A stretch of DNA of 64,000 bases from Candidatus Poribacteria bacterium (GCA_965222225.1 CBDCTK010000002.1:4768001-4832000); one strand, 5' to 3'; shown: positions 1 through 11,004, numbered from the stretch's first letter. The notes: generated by a model not told the origin, from the sequence alone. Numbers and translations: made by a program.

Positions 1-714
1 CACGTCGCTGTTGTCAATAGCATTAAAAGCGACAATCAACGCGCGTCGCGGATTCTCGGATATGTTATGGGAAGAGGCGTGCATTGTGTTGCTGTGCCAA
101 GCGGCAAGCGTTCCAGGCGGCCCGACAAATTTTACCCGATGATAACGACGGCAGTGGTTTGTCATTTCCCTCGCCGGAATTGCCAATTGGTTTTCACCCG
201 TTGATTCGCGCGGCTCGTAACGGTGCTCCACCACGCCACTTTGGTGCGAACCTGCAAGCACCTGCATGCAGGCGTTGTCTTCGGTGTGTTCATCAAGCAT
301 CAATAAGCACGATCCCATGGTTGGCTTGCTGTGATTCCGTCGCCAATAACCGAAGTCTTGATGCCAATACTGCACGGAACCGACGAACGGCGCCTTGAAG
401 GCGAGTTTACTATGGTAAACATAAAGCGGAACACCCATCAACTCCTGCATTACACCGGCGAGGCGCGGATGACTGCATAGTGGTGCGAAACAGGAATCAG
501 TCTTATGTAGGCCAAACTGCAATCGAGGCGTCTCCCCGTCTTCGACCGCCACACTCCCCTTGTTCCTGCCAGCAGCGTCAACGACTAAGTGTTCCGTATC
601 CAGATACTTCAGATCGTTCATGACGACCCCAACCTCGTGATGGCTAAACATCTCTGGCAGAACGATGTAACCATTTTCTCGAAATAAACGTCTCTGGTCC
701 GGCGTCGTTACCAT
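1..714 (-). CDS. Phytanoyl-CoA dioxygenase (PhyH) family Fe(II)/2OG dioxygenase, 3' end runs off the window
   Basis: Not in the ORF track. Manual translation from ATG at 714 gives MVTTPDQRRLFRENGYIVLP...KLAFKAPFVGSVQYWHQDFGYW...QVLAGSH...WHSNTMHASSHNISENPRR, with the HxD...H facial triad. Open to position 1. Confidence 0.85.
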   Translation of the reverse strand, partial: MVTTPDQRRLFRENGYIVLPEMFSHHEVGVVMNDLKYLDTEHLVVDAAGRNKGSVAVEDGETPRLQFGLHKTDSCFAPLCSHPRLAGVMQELMGVPLYVYHSKLAFKAPFVGSVQYWHQDFGYWRRNHSKPTMGSCLLMLDEHTEDNACMQVLAGSHQSGVVEHRYEPRESTGENQLAIPAREMTNHCRRYHRVKFVGPPGTLAAWHSNTMHASSHNISENPRRALIVAFNAIDNSDV

Positions 715-954
715 AATTCCTCTTTCAGTAAACCCGCTAATAGCGTGATGACAGAAAGCGGCACCACCAATTCAAAAATAGCAGTACCCTAACTTTTCCA
801 TCCTATCACATCTTATCAATTCTGTCAACACATTTTGCATAATCATGGCAATCGTGTCCGATTATAGAGATCGCTTACTACCCCTCGACTCTTTCTCTCC
901 TCCATATCTCCCTACATTCAGATGTTTTTCCCCTCCCTATCACCTAGATATTGC

Positions 955-1009
955 TTTACAAAAGGTGTAGTCGGGTATATAATTTAATCCTGTTCTAGAG
1001 CTTCTAGAA
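955..1009 (+). promoter_or_regulatory. Sigma70-type promoter with adjacent palindromic operator candidate
   Basis: TTTACA (955-960), 17 bp spacer, TATAAT (978-983); inverted repeat TTCTAGA-GCT-TCTAGAA at 993-1009; GGGAGG RBS before the start at 1056. Confidence 0.55.
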
Positions 1010-1055
1010 ATAATTCATCTTCGTTGGTCCGTGTGATAAACATTGGGAGGTTGTT

Positions 1056-3434
1056 TTGGAAAGTCGAAATGAACCTATCTCTCCAGAGCTGATTGAAACA
1101 TTGGACAAGATTCAGCAACGCGTCCTATGGCTCGCAACGCTGATGATCCACCATGCGAACCAAGTGCGTCCAAGTTCCGACGATGTGAAGGTTGGTGGAC
1201 ATCAGGCTTCCTCTGCGTCTGTTGTCTCGATTATGACCGCGCTCTATTTTGATTTTCTCAGGTCGGGAGACCGTGTATCCATCAAACCCCACGCCTCACC
1301 GGTCTTTCATGCTATTCAATACCTCTTGGGGCAACTGCCTCCGGAGTATCTGACCATGTTTCGCTCGTATGGCGGACTGCAAGCGTATCCCAGTAGGACC
1401 AAGGACCCGGACACGGTTGATTTTTCTACCGGCTCGGTGGGTCTCGGAGCCGTGGCGCCTGCCTTCGGCGCATTAGTCCATCGTTACGCTCTGTCTCATT
1501 TCGGTGAAGTTAGTTCACGTCGGTTCGTGGGGCTAATCGGAGATGCTGAGTTGGATGAAGGCAACGTATGGGAGGCAATTCTCGAACAAACCCTCACCGG
1601 TTTGGATAATCTGCTCTGGATCGTCGATCTTAATCGTCAGAGTCTCGATCGGGTTGTTCCCGGTATTCGGGCAGGCCAACTTGAGAAACTCTTTGAAGAG
1701 AGCGGATGGCGCGTCCTTGAAGCCAAGTATGGCCGTGTTCTGCAAGGACTCTTCAACCAGCCGGGCGGGGCTGCGCTAAATCGCCGAATTGATGAGATGA
1801 ACAACGAAGAATATCAGGCGCTGATTCGGCTACCGGGTGACGAACTTCGATCGCGTGTCATCTCCGTGGACGGCGTCGATGATTCCGAACTTGCATCGGT
1901 CATCCAACACATCTCCGATGAGGAATTGCCGACTGTGTTGAGTAATCTTGGTGGACACGACCTTGAGGAATTGCTGACCTTACTGCGGCAAGTTAACGAT
2001 GGGGATGACGACCGACCCACGATTATTTTCGCGTACACAATCAAGGGATGGGGAACCCCTATCGCCGGCCACCCCCTGAATCACTCCATGTTCCTAACAG
2101 AGGAACAAATTGAGGTGCTTCGAGTAACGTTGGGTGTACCGGATGCTGATGATTGGTCTCGGTTTACTCCTGACGGTACCGCGGGACAACTATGCAGCGA
2201 AGTGGCTGCACGACTCTTTCCCGAAACAACACCCTCTGTCGAGAAACTCTCCCCGGATAGCGTTCCGGCAGTGCTTTCGACCCCGACAAAGGGTACCCTG
2301 AGTACCCAGCAGGCTTTCGGCCGTTTGTTGATGTCGCTATCTCGCCTACCCAAGTTATCGGACCGTATCGTGACAACTTCGCCCGACGTTTCAGTGTCCA
2401 CCAATCTGTCGGGTTGGATACTCAAAACCGGCGTCTACGCCCCCGAAGAGTTGCCCGAATATGACACCGACGTCAACCAACTCAGAAGTTGGCGGTACGG
2501 TCCATACGGACAGCACATCGAATTAGGCATTTCCGAGATGAACTTTTTCATGCTTCTTGGTATGCTCGGATTGTCAACCGAACTCTGCGGACAACATCTG
2601 ATTCCGATTGGCACGGTCTACGATCCCTTTGTGTGTCGAGGTCTCGACGCGCTAATTTACGCCCAATACTCAGGTGCAAAGTTTATTTTCGCTGGCACAC
2701 CATCAGGAATTACGCTGGCGCCGGAGGGGGGAGCGCATCAGTCGATTGTAACACCTTCGCTATGCGGCGAGATTCCAGGGCTAAACGCATACGAACCCTG
2801 TTTTGCTCAGGAACTGGAATGGATCCTGCTAGACGCGGTGCGACAGTGTTGCGACCGAGATTCCGGAAGATCGACTTATCTCAGGCTCTCCACCAAACCA
2901 ATCGATCAACAATTGTTTTCTTCAGCCTTGGAACGTTTGGGAGAGGAGGAATTGCAGCGTCAAGTGTTAGCCGGTGGTTACCGATTGGTCGACTGGCGTA
3001 ATGCGGATCCCGTTCATCCGAGGGAACGTCTCCTCCATATCGCCACAACGGGTGTGATGATACCGGAAGCCGTTAAAGCCGCCGTGGAGCTTCAAAGCAG
3101 AGGCGCCGCGGTCAATGTACTGAACCTTACGAGCGCGCGTCGATTATTTGAAACTTGGCAAGCGTTGCAGTGGGAGCAGAAACCGGGACCTTTTGATTGG
3201 CTCATCCCACCCAATGAAAGACATGCTCCGATTATCACCGTGCAGGACGGAGCATCTCACACTCTCGCATGGCTGGGGAGCGTTTACGGAACGACTGTCA
3301 TGCCCTTGGGAGTTGATGAATTTGGGCAGTCGGGTACGCCGCAGGATTTATATGAACATTTTGGGATTGACGCCGAAGGGATTGTTGAAGCTGGATTGGT
3401 TGCCTTAAATCGCTACGGTTTGTTTACGCAATGA
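1056..3434 (+). CDS. Pyruvate/2-oxoacid dehydrogenase E1, AceE/transketolase-like homodimeric type
   Basis: KVGGHQASSAS, KPHASP, FSTGSVGLG, TPP motif GDAELDEG...N, EGGAHQS, LGVDEFGQSG. Confidence 0.85.
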   Translation: MESRNEPISPELIETLDKIQQRVLWLATLMIHHANQVRPSSDDVKVGGHQASSASVVSIMTALYFDFLRSGDRVSIKPHASPVFHAIQYLLGQLPPEYLTMFRSYGGLQAYPSRTKDPDTVDFSTGSVGLGAVAPAFGALVHRYALSHFGEVSSRRFVGLIGDAELDEGNVWEAILEQTLTGLDNLLWIVDLNRQSLDRVVPGIRAGQLEKLFEESGWRVLEAKYGRVLQGLFNQPGGAALNRRIDEMNNEEYQALIRLPGDELRSRVISVDGVDDSELASVIQHISDEELPTVLSNLGGHDLEELLTLLRQVNDGDDDRPTIIFAYTIKGWGTPIAGHPLNHSMFLTEEQIEVLRVTLGVPDADDWSRFTPDGTAGQLCSEVAARLFPETTPSVEKLSPDSVPAVLSTPTKGTLSTQQAFGRLLMSLSRLPKLSDRIVTTSPDVSVSTNLSGWILKTGVYAPEELPEYDTDVNQLRSWRYGPYGQHIELGISEMNFFMLLGMLGLSTELCGQHLIPIGTVYDPFVCRGLDALIYAQYSGAKFIFAGTPSGITLAPEGGAHQSIVTPSLCGEIPGLNAYEPCFAQELEWILLDAVRQCCDRDSGRSTYLRLSTKPIDQQLFSSALERLGEEELQRQVLAGGYRLVDWRNADPVHPRERLLHIATTGVMIPEAVKAAVELQSRGAAVNVLNLTSARRLFETWQALQWEQKPGPFDWLIPPNERHAPIITVQDGASHTLAWLGSVYGTTVMPLGVDEFGQSGTPQDLYEHFGIDAEGIVEAGLVALNRYGLFTQ

Positions 3435-3481
3435 CGCTATCGCTATCTGGTTCATGTTGAACTTTGTTCAAATGGATAGGG

Positions 3482-5317
3482 CTAGTTGATGTCCTCGTCG
3501 CTTACGAAACGTGTTACCCTCCGCCAACGAGGTGCGTCGTCGCTATAGTGTTGTCGTTGGTACAGTGGACAGTAACGACCGGGCGGATCTATTGAGATGA
3601 CCTCATTGCCTTTTCGCACCAGCGTGTAGGGCCGCTTTTCTATGTGTGCGTGGTCTGTTCGCTTATAGATTGGGAAGGTTAAAATGACTACGTCTCCGGG
3701 CTTAACCGAGCCGACCTTGGCATAACGCCCCTTCCATTCCAGGCGGCGATCCTTGTCGTTCACCGCGCATCGCGTTTCTACCGGAGTGACCCACTCGGGA
3801 ATCCGTATCGACAAATCAACACCTCGCTTGACCTTCACATCGACTCGTCCCTGATACGGGATATAGCTGTCCACGTCTGCCCATTTTGAAGCCCGGTTCA
3901 ACAGAAGATTAATCTTCAATTTACCGTCTTGATACCGCAGCATGCGTTCCCATATCCAGTATAGCACTTTGGAACCGTTTGCCGTACAGCAGTGCCCTAG
4001 TACGTGAAGGTGCGCACCGGCATACCAGTCATTGGGATCCGGTCCTCCGGCAAACGCCCCGATATTTCTCTCAGCTACCCGCTCCGTGGTACTATAAGGT
4101 TCTATGGGAAAATCCTGAGGTAAGCGCCCAATCCAATCAATATTGGTCAACTGTGCTTCGGCTAGGTGATTGCGAATCCATCGGTCGGCATCGTCCCAAT
4201 AATCGCCTATCCCGGCTTCACTCAATCGCAACGCGATTGCAATCATGTCCGACAGTTGACACGTCTCGCCCTTTTCGCCCATGTGACTGTTTGCCCATTC
4301 CGGAAAGAATCCAATCAAATTAGCCCCGGGCGTTTTAACGACGCGCAGCCCTGTTTCGTGAATCTGGTTAGTTAGCAGGTTTCTTGCTTTTTCATAGCCC
4401 TGCACGACAAACTCCATCATCTCCTCGTCATCGGCGGCTTCGGCATATTCCTGCATGGCTAACAGACCACGGGCGTGGGCGTGAAAATGGGCGCGCGCGG
4501 CGACTCCCGGTGACGCAATAAAACTCCCGTCCGGCGCATAGAAGTTGTGACGAAGGTAATTGATTATTTTTCTTGCCGTCGTCAACGCCGGCTCATATCC
4601 CAATACCCGATAAGCATGAACTAGACTGTGGGGTGCGACTGACGTTTCAGCTTCAAAAGGATCTGTAGGCATCTGGGCAGAATCGGGCGGATTTTTCACA
4701 CTAAAACAGAAGGATGGCCAAAAGTACGCCAACTCGCCTTCATCCACCGCCAAATTAATCATCCCGTCTACCGCCCGCCTCAACGCCTCCCGCCATATTG
4801 GACTCCCATCGCGCTTCGTGAAGTGCGACATGGTACTAAGCATCGTACTATTTCCCATCGCCGACAGAAGTTGGTTTTTGAACTCGGAACGACGTTTTGC
4901 CTCTTCAGGTTCAACGGGAGACCACACGAAAGCCCAAGGTCGTCCTTCTAAAGGCACGTAATTTAGACCGTCCGGTCCCTGGCTTTTCAGCGTCACCTCC
5001 ATCCACCGACGATCCACATGCAGGTTCATTTCACTGCCGGTTATTAGCCGCATAAAAGATGCAGCCATCATGAACTTACCGGTAGTCGTGCTCTGCCAGC
5101 AACTGTGAAACATGTGTGGCGGGTTGGAACGAAACACTACAATCCAGTAAACCTCGTGGTCGGCTTCGGGATTCGTTGTTTCGGTGAGTGCGTTGAGCGC
5201 AAGCCTAGCCCGTTCAGCGATGTCCAACGTATCCGGCACGATCGCCTCGTACGATTCCCCATGATATTTGGGCAATTCAAAATCCGGAATTTCAGGGTTG
5301 ATATACTTCGTGGACAT
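3482..5317 (-). CDS. GH127/beta-L-arabinofuranosidase-like protein
   Basis: GETCQ and HCCTANG Cys motifs; C-terminal LSIRIPEW beta-sandwich typical of GH127/GH146-like enzymes. Confidence 0.6.
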   Translation of the reverse strand: MSTKYINPEIPDFELPKYHGESYEAIVPDTLDIAERARLALNALTETTNPEADHEVYWIVVFRSNPPHMFHSCWQSTTTGKFMMAASFMRLITGSEMNLHVDRRWMEVTLKSQGPDGLNYVPLEGRPWAFVWSPVEPEEAKRRSEFKNQLLSAMGNSTMLSTMSHFTKRDGSPIWREALRRAVDGMINLAVDEGELAYFWPSFCFSVKNPPDSAQMPTDPFEAETSVAPHSLVHAYRVLGYEPALTTARKIINYLRHNFYAPDGSFIASPGVAARAHFHAHARGLLAMQEYAEAADDEEMMEFVVQGYEKARNLLTNQIHETGLRVVKTPGANLIGFFPEWANSHMGEKGETCQLSDMIAIALRLSEAGIGDYWDDADRWIRNHLAEAQLTNIDWIGRLPQDFPIEPYSTTERVAERNIGAFAGGPDPNDWYAGAHLHVLGHCCTANGSKVLYWIWERMLRYQDGKLKINLLLNRASKWADVDSYIPYQGRVDVKVKRGVDLSIRIPEWVTPVETRCAVNDKDRRLEWKGRYAKVGSVKPGDVVILTFPIYKRTDHAHIEKRPYTLVRKGNEVISIDPPGRYCPLYQRQHYSDDAPRWRRVTRFVSDEDIN

Positions 5318-5351
5318 ATTCTTCCTTCAGGGGCATTGCGAGAATCTGTCT

Positions 5352-6236
5352 CTATACTCTCACAAACTTCTGTAGCCGTTCTCCCCTGCCGTCCCCGCCG
5401 ATTTCCGCTACATAGATGCTTCCTTCATCATCGACGCAAATCCCGTGAGGAGCTTCCAACACGCCGCCCTCCGATCCGGCGAATCGACTCAGCATTTCAC
5501 CTTCGGGAGACCAGACGCTCACATGACCGCTTTCTCCCTGCTCGACAACGTAAATTGTATTGTCATTTGTCACCCACACGTCTCCCGGTGCGGTCACGTC
5601 CGTCCAAGTTTCCATGTGCTTCCCGTCCGGGTCGAAAATCTGAATGCGATCATTCTCCCGATCGCAAACAAGGACTCGCCCCGTCTTGTCACAGCCAATG
5701 TTGTGCACCACGGCAAATTCTCCGGGACCACTCCCCGCCTCACCCCATGTCAGCAAATGTTCGCCGATGCTTGAGTATTTGTGGACGCAGCGATTGCCAT
5801 AGCCGTCCGACACATATATGCACCCATCTGGCCCGATAGCTACGCCGGTAGGCATGTTGAACTCGCGCTTGTAGTATGTTACGCCCGGTAAGCCCGGCGT
5901 GCCCCATTCGCGCTCCATGTCACCAAGCAGGGTGTACCGGCGCACCACATGCTGCCACGCATCTGTTAAGTAAACCTCATCATCGGGACCTATGAAGATG
6001 CCATGGGATTGGCTAACCAGATGTGGGGAAATGCCAAATTCGCCGTAACCCCATGAAGTGACAAAATTTCCGTCCTTGTCAAAAACTATGATTGGATGTT
6101 TGCCGCGCGTAAACGCGAAGATGCGTCCCTTCGAATCAATTGCCGCATCCGAGACCAACGAGAAGACCCAGCCTTCAGGCAATTTTGCCCAGCCTTCCAC
6201 GAGTTCGTATCTGTAATCTCCTTCGCCTAACACCAT
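5352..6236 (-). CDS. NHL-repeat beta-propeller (peptidyl-alpha-hydroxyglycine lyase-like)
   Basis: Repeated NHL units: FNMPTGVAIGPDG.IYVSDGYGN, GPGEFAVVHNI...CDRENDRIQIFD, PHGICVD. Confidence 0.85.
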   Translation of the reverse strand: MVLGEGDYRYELVEGWAKLPEGWVFSLVSDAAIDSKGRIFAFTRGKHPIIVFDKDGNFVTSWGYGEFGISPHLVSQSHGIFIGPDDEVYLTDAWQHVVRRYTLLGDMEREWGTPGLPGVTYYKREFNMPTGVAIGPDGCIYVSDGYGNRCVHKYSSIGEHLLTWGEAGSGPGEFAVVHNIGCDKTGRVLVCDRENDRIQIFDPDGKHMETWTDVTAPGDVWVTNDNTIYVVEQGESGHVSVWSPEGEMLSRFAGSEGGVLEAPHGICVDDEGSIYVAEIGGDGRGERLQKFVRV

Positions 6237-6600
6237 GTTGCACCTCCATATCGCGAAATTGGAATCTAGTTAAGAGTAAGTGAAAACACCCCTGCCGCTT
6301 AACTCAAACTACCCAAGAAAACTGTAATTATCAAGTAGAATATAGACACTCGCAACTCTTCGCTCTTGCGCTCTAGCGGAGCAGAATGTGAAATGGGAGA
6401 AGCAAATCGGTAATGATCGTTAGGTAACGCAAGCCGCGTTGAAATCGATTTTTTTCTTTGAAAGTCGGTTTCCGTAACGGGTCAGCTTCTGGAAACTGCT
6501 CCTCCATACCCCAGCTTGGTTTACCAATCTCTTATTGATTTAGGACTATCAATCCGCGTTAGCAGCACAATGTGTACACCATCTCCGTGGCTAAAACAAT

Positions 6601-7791
6601 TTAATCGAAAAAGTCTGCGTCCTCCTCTGGTAGATACTCCCGCGTTGCCTCTTCATTGAGTTCGACACCCATTCCGGGCTTCTCCCAGACCTCTATGAAG
6701 CCGTCGTGGACAATCGGGTCGGGAAGACCTTCAACAATGTCGTACCACCATTGCGGATTGGCAACCGGATACTCGAAGGCGATATAGTTTTCAGGCAAGG
6801 TCGCCGCAACCTGAACGAGGGCGGCAAGACCGATTAGACCGTCGCCTGTACCGTGAGGCGCCATAAGGATTCCGTGAAGATCTGCGTATTCCGCAACCCA
6901 CTTCAGTTCGGCTATACCGCCAATATCGCACGGGTCAGGTCCGATGATGTCCACGGCACGCTTTTCGATGAGGTCTTTGAAATTCTGCCGAAGGTAAATC
7001 TGTTCGCCTGTATGGATAGGAGTTGACGTGCTCGCCGTCACTTCGCGGTAAAGATCAGCAAACACATAGGGAACATAGTCTCCGGTAATCATATCCTCAA
7101 GCCACATCACATTCAGCGGTTCCAAAGCCTTCGCTAACCTAATCGCGTCGGGGACAGTTAGTCCCGGACCGCAATCCAGAGCCAGCCCCACCTCATCTCC
7201 CAGTACCTCTTTCATTGCCTCCACACAAGCAATCGTGTGCTTCAACCCTCGTTCAGTCAAAGAGCCGCGGTTCGTTCCGATAACACCCTCTCGTATCTCG
7301 CCGTGGAAGAAATTAGGCACCGAGTGCGGCATTGGACTATGAAATGCGATTCCCTGCTTGATGATTGTAAACCCCTCCCGGAGGGCTTTCATCTTTTCCA
7401 TGTCCGCCGCATAGTCCTCGGGAGAAAATCCGTTCATCTCGAATCTGACAGCGCCATTATAAACGCGCACTCTGTCGCGAACCTTTCCGCCGAGCAGTTT
7501 GTACACGGGTAGACCTGCCGTTTTACCCGCAATGTCCCATAACGCCATCTCAATCGCGCTGACCGAGCTGCCCCAGGGCTTGAAACTACCCAATCGGCGA
7601 ATCTTTAGCATGACTCGCTCAATGTCTGTCGGATCCTCTCCAACGATAAATTGCTTATAGAACAGGACGTGCGGTTTCAGATAGAATTTGCTGGCTTCCA
7701 CCTCTCCCAGGCCGCTGATTCCTTCATCCGTCGTTATGCGAATCACGGGGTTTTGACCTAGAACGGTGCATTTCAAATCTGTAATCTTCAT
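6601..7791 (-). CDS. Mandelate racemase/muconate lactonizing enzyme family (enolase superfamily)
   Basis: RITTDEGISGLGE, SAIEMALWDIAGK...LPVYKLLGG; metal ligands in LALD, WLED and HTGE. Confidence 0.9.
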   Translation of the reverse strand: MKITDLKCTVLGQNPVIRITTDEGISGLGEVEASKFYLKPHVLFYKQFIVGEDPTDIERVMLKIRRLGSFKPWGSSVSAIEMALWDIAGKTAGLPVYKLLGGKVRDRVRVYNGAVRFEMNGFSPEDYAADMEKMKALREGFTIIKQGIAFHSPMPHSVPNFFHGEIREGVIGTNRGSLTERGLKHTIACVEAMKEVLGDEVGLALDCGPGLTVPDAIRLAKALEPLNVMWLEDMITGDYVPYVFADLYREVTASTSTPIHTGEQIYLRQNFKDLIEKRAVDIIGPDPCDIGGIAELKWVAEYADLHGILMAPHGTGDGLIGLAALVQVAATLPENYIAFEYPVANPQWWYDIVEGLPDPIVHDGFIEVWEKPGMGVELNEEATREYLPEEDADFFD

Positions 7792-7848
7792 TTCTGGAGT
7801 TCTCTCGCTTAATCCGCGTTGTTACAGGGCACCTCGCATCAATATCCT

Positions 7849-8520
7849 TCATCGCTTAAACTTCTCACGCAGTTTATCCATGGTAAAGTCCGCAGAATCG
7901 TAGAAGCCGAATACATCTGCTTCGTGTGCGCGAACCTCACCGGCTAGGCGCAGGATGTCTTCAGCATGTTCGGTCGGAATGCGCACACAGCCATCCGCAT
8001 CGGCGAGAATGAGATCGCCGGGCCTTATTCGTGTTTGACCAACGGTGACCGGCTCATTGAAACGTGTTAGGTTAAAAACGCCGTGCCCCGGCACCGTGCC
8101 CCAACCCCAGATTGGCAACCCGACAGCGCGGATGCCTGCCAAGTCCCGCACGCTGCCATCTACTATCGCACCCGCCGCACCAAGGCGTTTATACAACCTT
8201 GCCATTCCGTCTCCGAAGCCGGCACCCCGCCCGGGACGCGAATCGACATCCTTCATCACCGTGAAAAACGGGCCCTCTTGTTGGTGCATGTGCTCATAGA
8301 AGTCAATCCAGTTAATCCTCGGCGAGTCGGGATCATTGGTGGTAATCTCCGCCGTCACGGCGTAGCCGACTACTGTCCCAAACTCCGGCAGTAAATAGCG
8401 GATGTCGTGGCTCGTGTAGTCCTCATTGGGAAGTCCAAACTTTTCGACCATAGCATTAAAGATGGTCGCTGACTCGAACTCCTTGAGTTTCTCAATTATT
8501 TCAGTGTTTCTCTCCGGCAT
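7849..8520 (-). CDS. RraA/HMG-CHA aldolase family protein
   Basis: GYAVTA, GAAGAIVDGSVRD, IRPGDLILADADG. Confidence 0.85.
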   Translation of the reverse strand: MPERNTEIIEKLKEFESATIFNAMVEKFGLPNEDYTSHDIRYLLPEFGTVVGYAVTAEITTNDPDSPRINWIDFYEHMHQQEGPFFTVMKDVDSRPGRGAGFGDGMARLYKRLGAAGAIVDGSVRDLAGIRAVGLPIWGWGTVPGHGVFNLTRFNEPVTVGQTRIRPGDLILADADGCVRIPTEHAEDILRLAGEVRAHEADVFGFYDSADFTMDKLREKFKR

Positions 8521-8656
8521 AATTCCTCGCTCCTTGCTAGTTTAGTTATGCTGCAAATAGATTGTCGAAATTTCGAGTACGCTAGACCAAGGACGGGATT
8601 ACAGGCAGCTATCTCGCCTCACGTTTCGCTGATTGTCTCTCCCCATATCTCACGAT

Positions 8657-9724
8657 TTAATGTAGTCTGCTTAAAATAGCCTCAATGTGCCCTGGTCGCG
8701 GATGGTAGATACCACCTTCCACGGTCGTACTCCATTCTGCAATTTGGCACCCCGCGTTAAATGAAAGCGGTATATCTCCACTAATCAGGTAGAACGCGGC
8801 AAACGCTCCTGTGAAGTTGTCCCCGGCACCTGTTGTATTAGCCCCCGTTAGCTCATTTTCAGAGGCGGAGTGTTCAATACAACGCGCTCCTCCGTTTGAC
8901 CGCAACGCCATGTACGCTTCCGGATATCCCGTCAACGCCACTCCGCGCTTCACGCCTAAATCGAGGACAGATTTAGCCGCATCCCGCTTCGACCGAGGAG
9001 TATTTTGTATTTCCTCTTCCAGCACAATTTCCGCCTCCTCTTTCCCCAACACACAGAAATCGATATGTGGTGCTATGGCTCGAAAACCGCCGCTTGCATT
9101 CGTTTTTGACTCGTCGTCTCGAGCTCCCCAAAGCGACATCCGAAAATTTACGGCATAAAATGCGACTGCTCCTTGAAGCTTGGCGCGCTTTAGCACATCA
9201 ACGACACTACACCGGCGTTTCGTTCTGGCATGAGTAATTCCGGTGACGATTAAACCTACGGAATTCAACTCATGCCTACCCGCCGCATTGGTAATCTGCC
9301 GCTCGGTCAAGCTTTCAAAGGCTGCACCCGACCGTGCATACGGAAAAGATCCTAGCTCGTCACGATAACCCTCGAAATAGGCGCCCATATGACCGTGACT
9401 CACACGCTGTACGCTTTTCGAGCCAATCCCATGTTTGTCCAACCATTCAATAAACTGTTCAGAACAAATACAATTGTCATTTCCTACCGCCGTTACTAAA
9501 GCTGTTTGATTGTGCGAACCCTCATTTGCCAAGATATGTCTGGCGGCATTTGTCGCGTTCAGAATGTCTCCCGAAAACCCAATCGAGCCTTTGTCGATAA
9601 GATTATGTACGCCGCAGTCAAGGTTGCCCGGCTTATCAGGTGTATCCAGAACCATTGCCTCGGGGAGATGTCCTGTCCTTACTTCCACCAACGGTTCTCC
9701 CCAACCCAAGATTGAATACGCCAT
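8657..9724 (-). CDS. PfkB family sugar kinase (KDG-kinase-like)
   Basis: GWGEPLVE near the start, VTAVGND, PfkB signature NTTGAGDNFTGAF. Start chosen at ATG 9724; the ORF track starts at 9760. Confidence 0.7.
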   Translation of the reverse strand: MAYSILGWGEPLVEVRTGHLPEAMVLDTPDKPGNLDCGVHNLIDKGSIGFSGDILNATNAARHILANEGSHNQTALVTAVGNDNCICSEQFIEWLDKHGIGSKSVQRVSHGHMGAYFEGYRDELGSFPYARSGAAFESLTERQITNAAGRHELNSVGLIVTGITHARTKRRCSVVDVLKRAKLQGAVAFYAVNFRMSLWGARDDESKTNASGGFRAIAPHIDFCVLGKEEAEIVLEEEIQNTPRSKRDAAKSVLDLGVKRGVALTGYPEAYMALRSNGGARCIEHSASENELTGANTTGAGDNFTGAFAAFYLISGDIPLSFNAGCQIAEWSTTVEGGIYHPRPGHIEAILSRLH

Positions 9725-9836
9725 AATCAGTATGAACCCTACAGTCGCCGCTAGAGACACATCATTTCACAATCACCGAAGAATTTATACTCCTCAAGGC
9801 TGTCAAAAAACAGAAGGGAAAATTTCACAATCGGTT

Positions 9837-10568
9837 TTAGATTACTTTTCTTTTATGCCACATTCGATCGAAGTTGTCTTTCGGCACAAAACCAAGAATC
9901 CGTTTTGCTTTCTCATTGGAGAATTTTTGGTGCGGCAAATCGGCAAAGATATTGAAGGTTTCGCAGCGTGACGGAAGTGCCGAGAGGTCAATCTCCAGTC
10001 CAAGTCGCAATGCTTCTGCAGCGTCTCGCCAACTGACGCTGAACGGGTTAAGATCGGTCCCCTCGCTGTCATCATTGTGTTCACGGAAACTGAGAAAAAG
10101 ATAACACAGAAGATAGATGTTGTAGTTTTCCGTGAACACCTTACAAATCTCTTGCCCAAGCCCCTTTGTTAGAGCGTACAGCAGTGTGCCGGGATGTGAC
10201 GGAACCTCCGGACTTAACTCAAAGTCATAGTCGGTATAGGAATCTCCTGCGACGGTCCAGTGCGGCCCGGTGTTGATTACCCTTCGAATGCCGTGTTCCG
10301 CTGCGGCGCGCATCATGTTATAACACCCGCGCGTGCTCACATCGAAGGCGAGTTGCCTATCATCCCGAAGAACGGAACAATTGATGATTGCGTCCATGTT
10401 TTCTGCGGCTCGCATGACTTCATCCGGACAAGAGACATCAACCCGTATGGACTCATGTTTTGTTTGAATGGGTCTGATGTCCGTGAGTCGCAGCTCGTAG
10501 TGCGATTCCAGCGCTTTTACTACATGAGGGCCCAAATAGCCATCTGCTCCTAGTATTAAAACCTTCAT
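9837..10568 (-). CDS. NAD-dependent epimerase/dehydratase (uronate-dehydrogenase-like SDR)
   Basis: MKVLILGADGYLG Rossmann motif, YALTK (YxxxK); GGAGG RBS before ATG 10568. Confidence 0.8.
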   Translation of the reverse strand: MKVLILGADGYLGPHVVKALESHYELRLTDIRPIQTKHESIRVDVSCPDEVMRAAENMDAIINCSVLRDDRQLAFDVSTRGCYNMMRAAAEHGIRRVINTGPHWTVAGDSYTDYDFELSPEVPSHPGTLLYALTKGLGQEICKVFTENYNIYLLCYLFLSFREHNDDSEGTDLNPFSVSWRDAAEALRLGLEIDLSALPSRCETFNIFADLPHQKFSNEKAKRILGFVPKDNFDRMWHKRKVI

Positions 10569-11004
10569 CTGTTGCCTCCGAACTAACGGCAAGATTACAT
10601 CCCAATATCACGAATTATGCAGTCGCTTAGCAATACAGTATAATGTCATTTTACGCACTATCGCCATTGAAAGCAAGAAAAATCCGATTTAGAACACGTC
10701 TCGCAACTGTAGACATCCGGGATTGAGTTTGCAAAAGTACACCTGTTTTCGTCCTTGAACAGGGGCTTGACAGTTTACATCTGCACATATTTCGTGGTAT
10801 ACTAATACCTATAATGAATGCATTCCATTTTCCGATAATTTGCTTTCGTCTGCCAAAGCGATATATGCGCTAGACTGTGGTTCGTTGGTTTTACGGTTAT
10901 TCGTCAAAACGGATAGACATGCCGTCCCGAGACGGTTTATTCCAATCCCAGTCAATCATTCTAATCGTAGTATTTTGCGGTTGACACGAAAGAGGTAACT
11001 AGCC

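Noticed and set aside
84-398. Plus-strand 104-aa ORF
   Set aside because: Antisense to the PhyH gene at 1-714.
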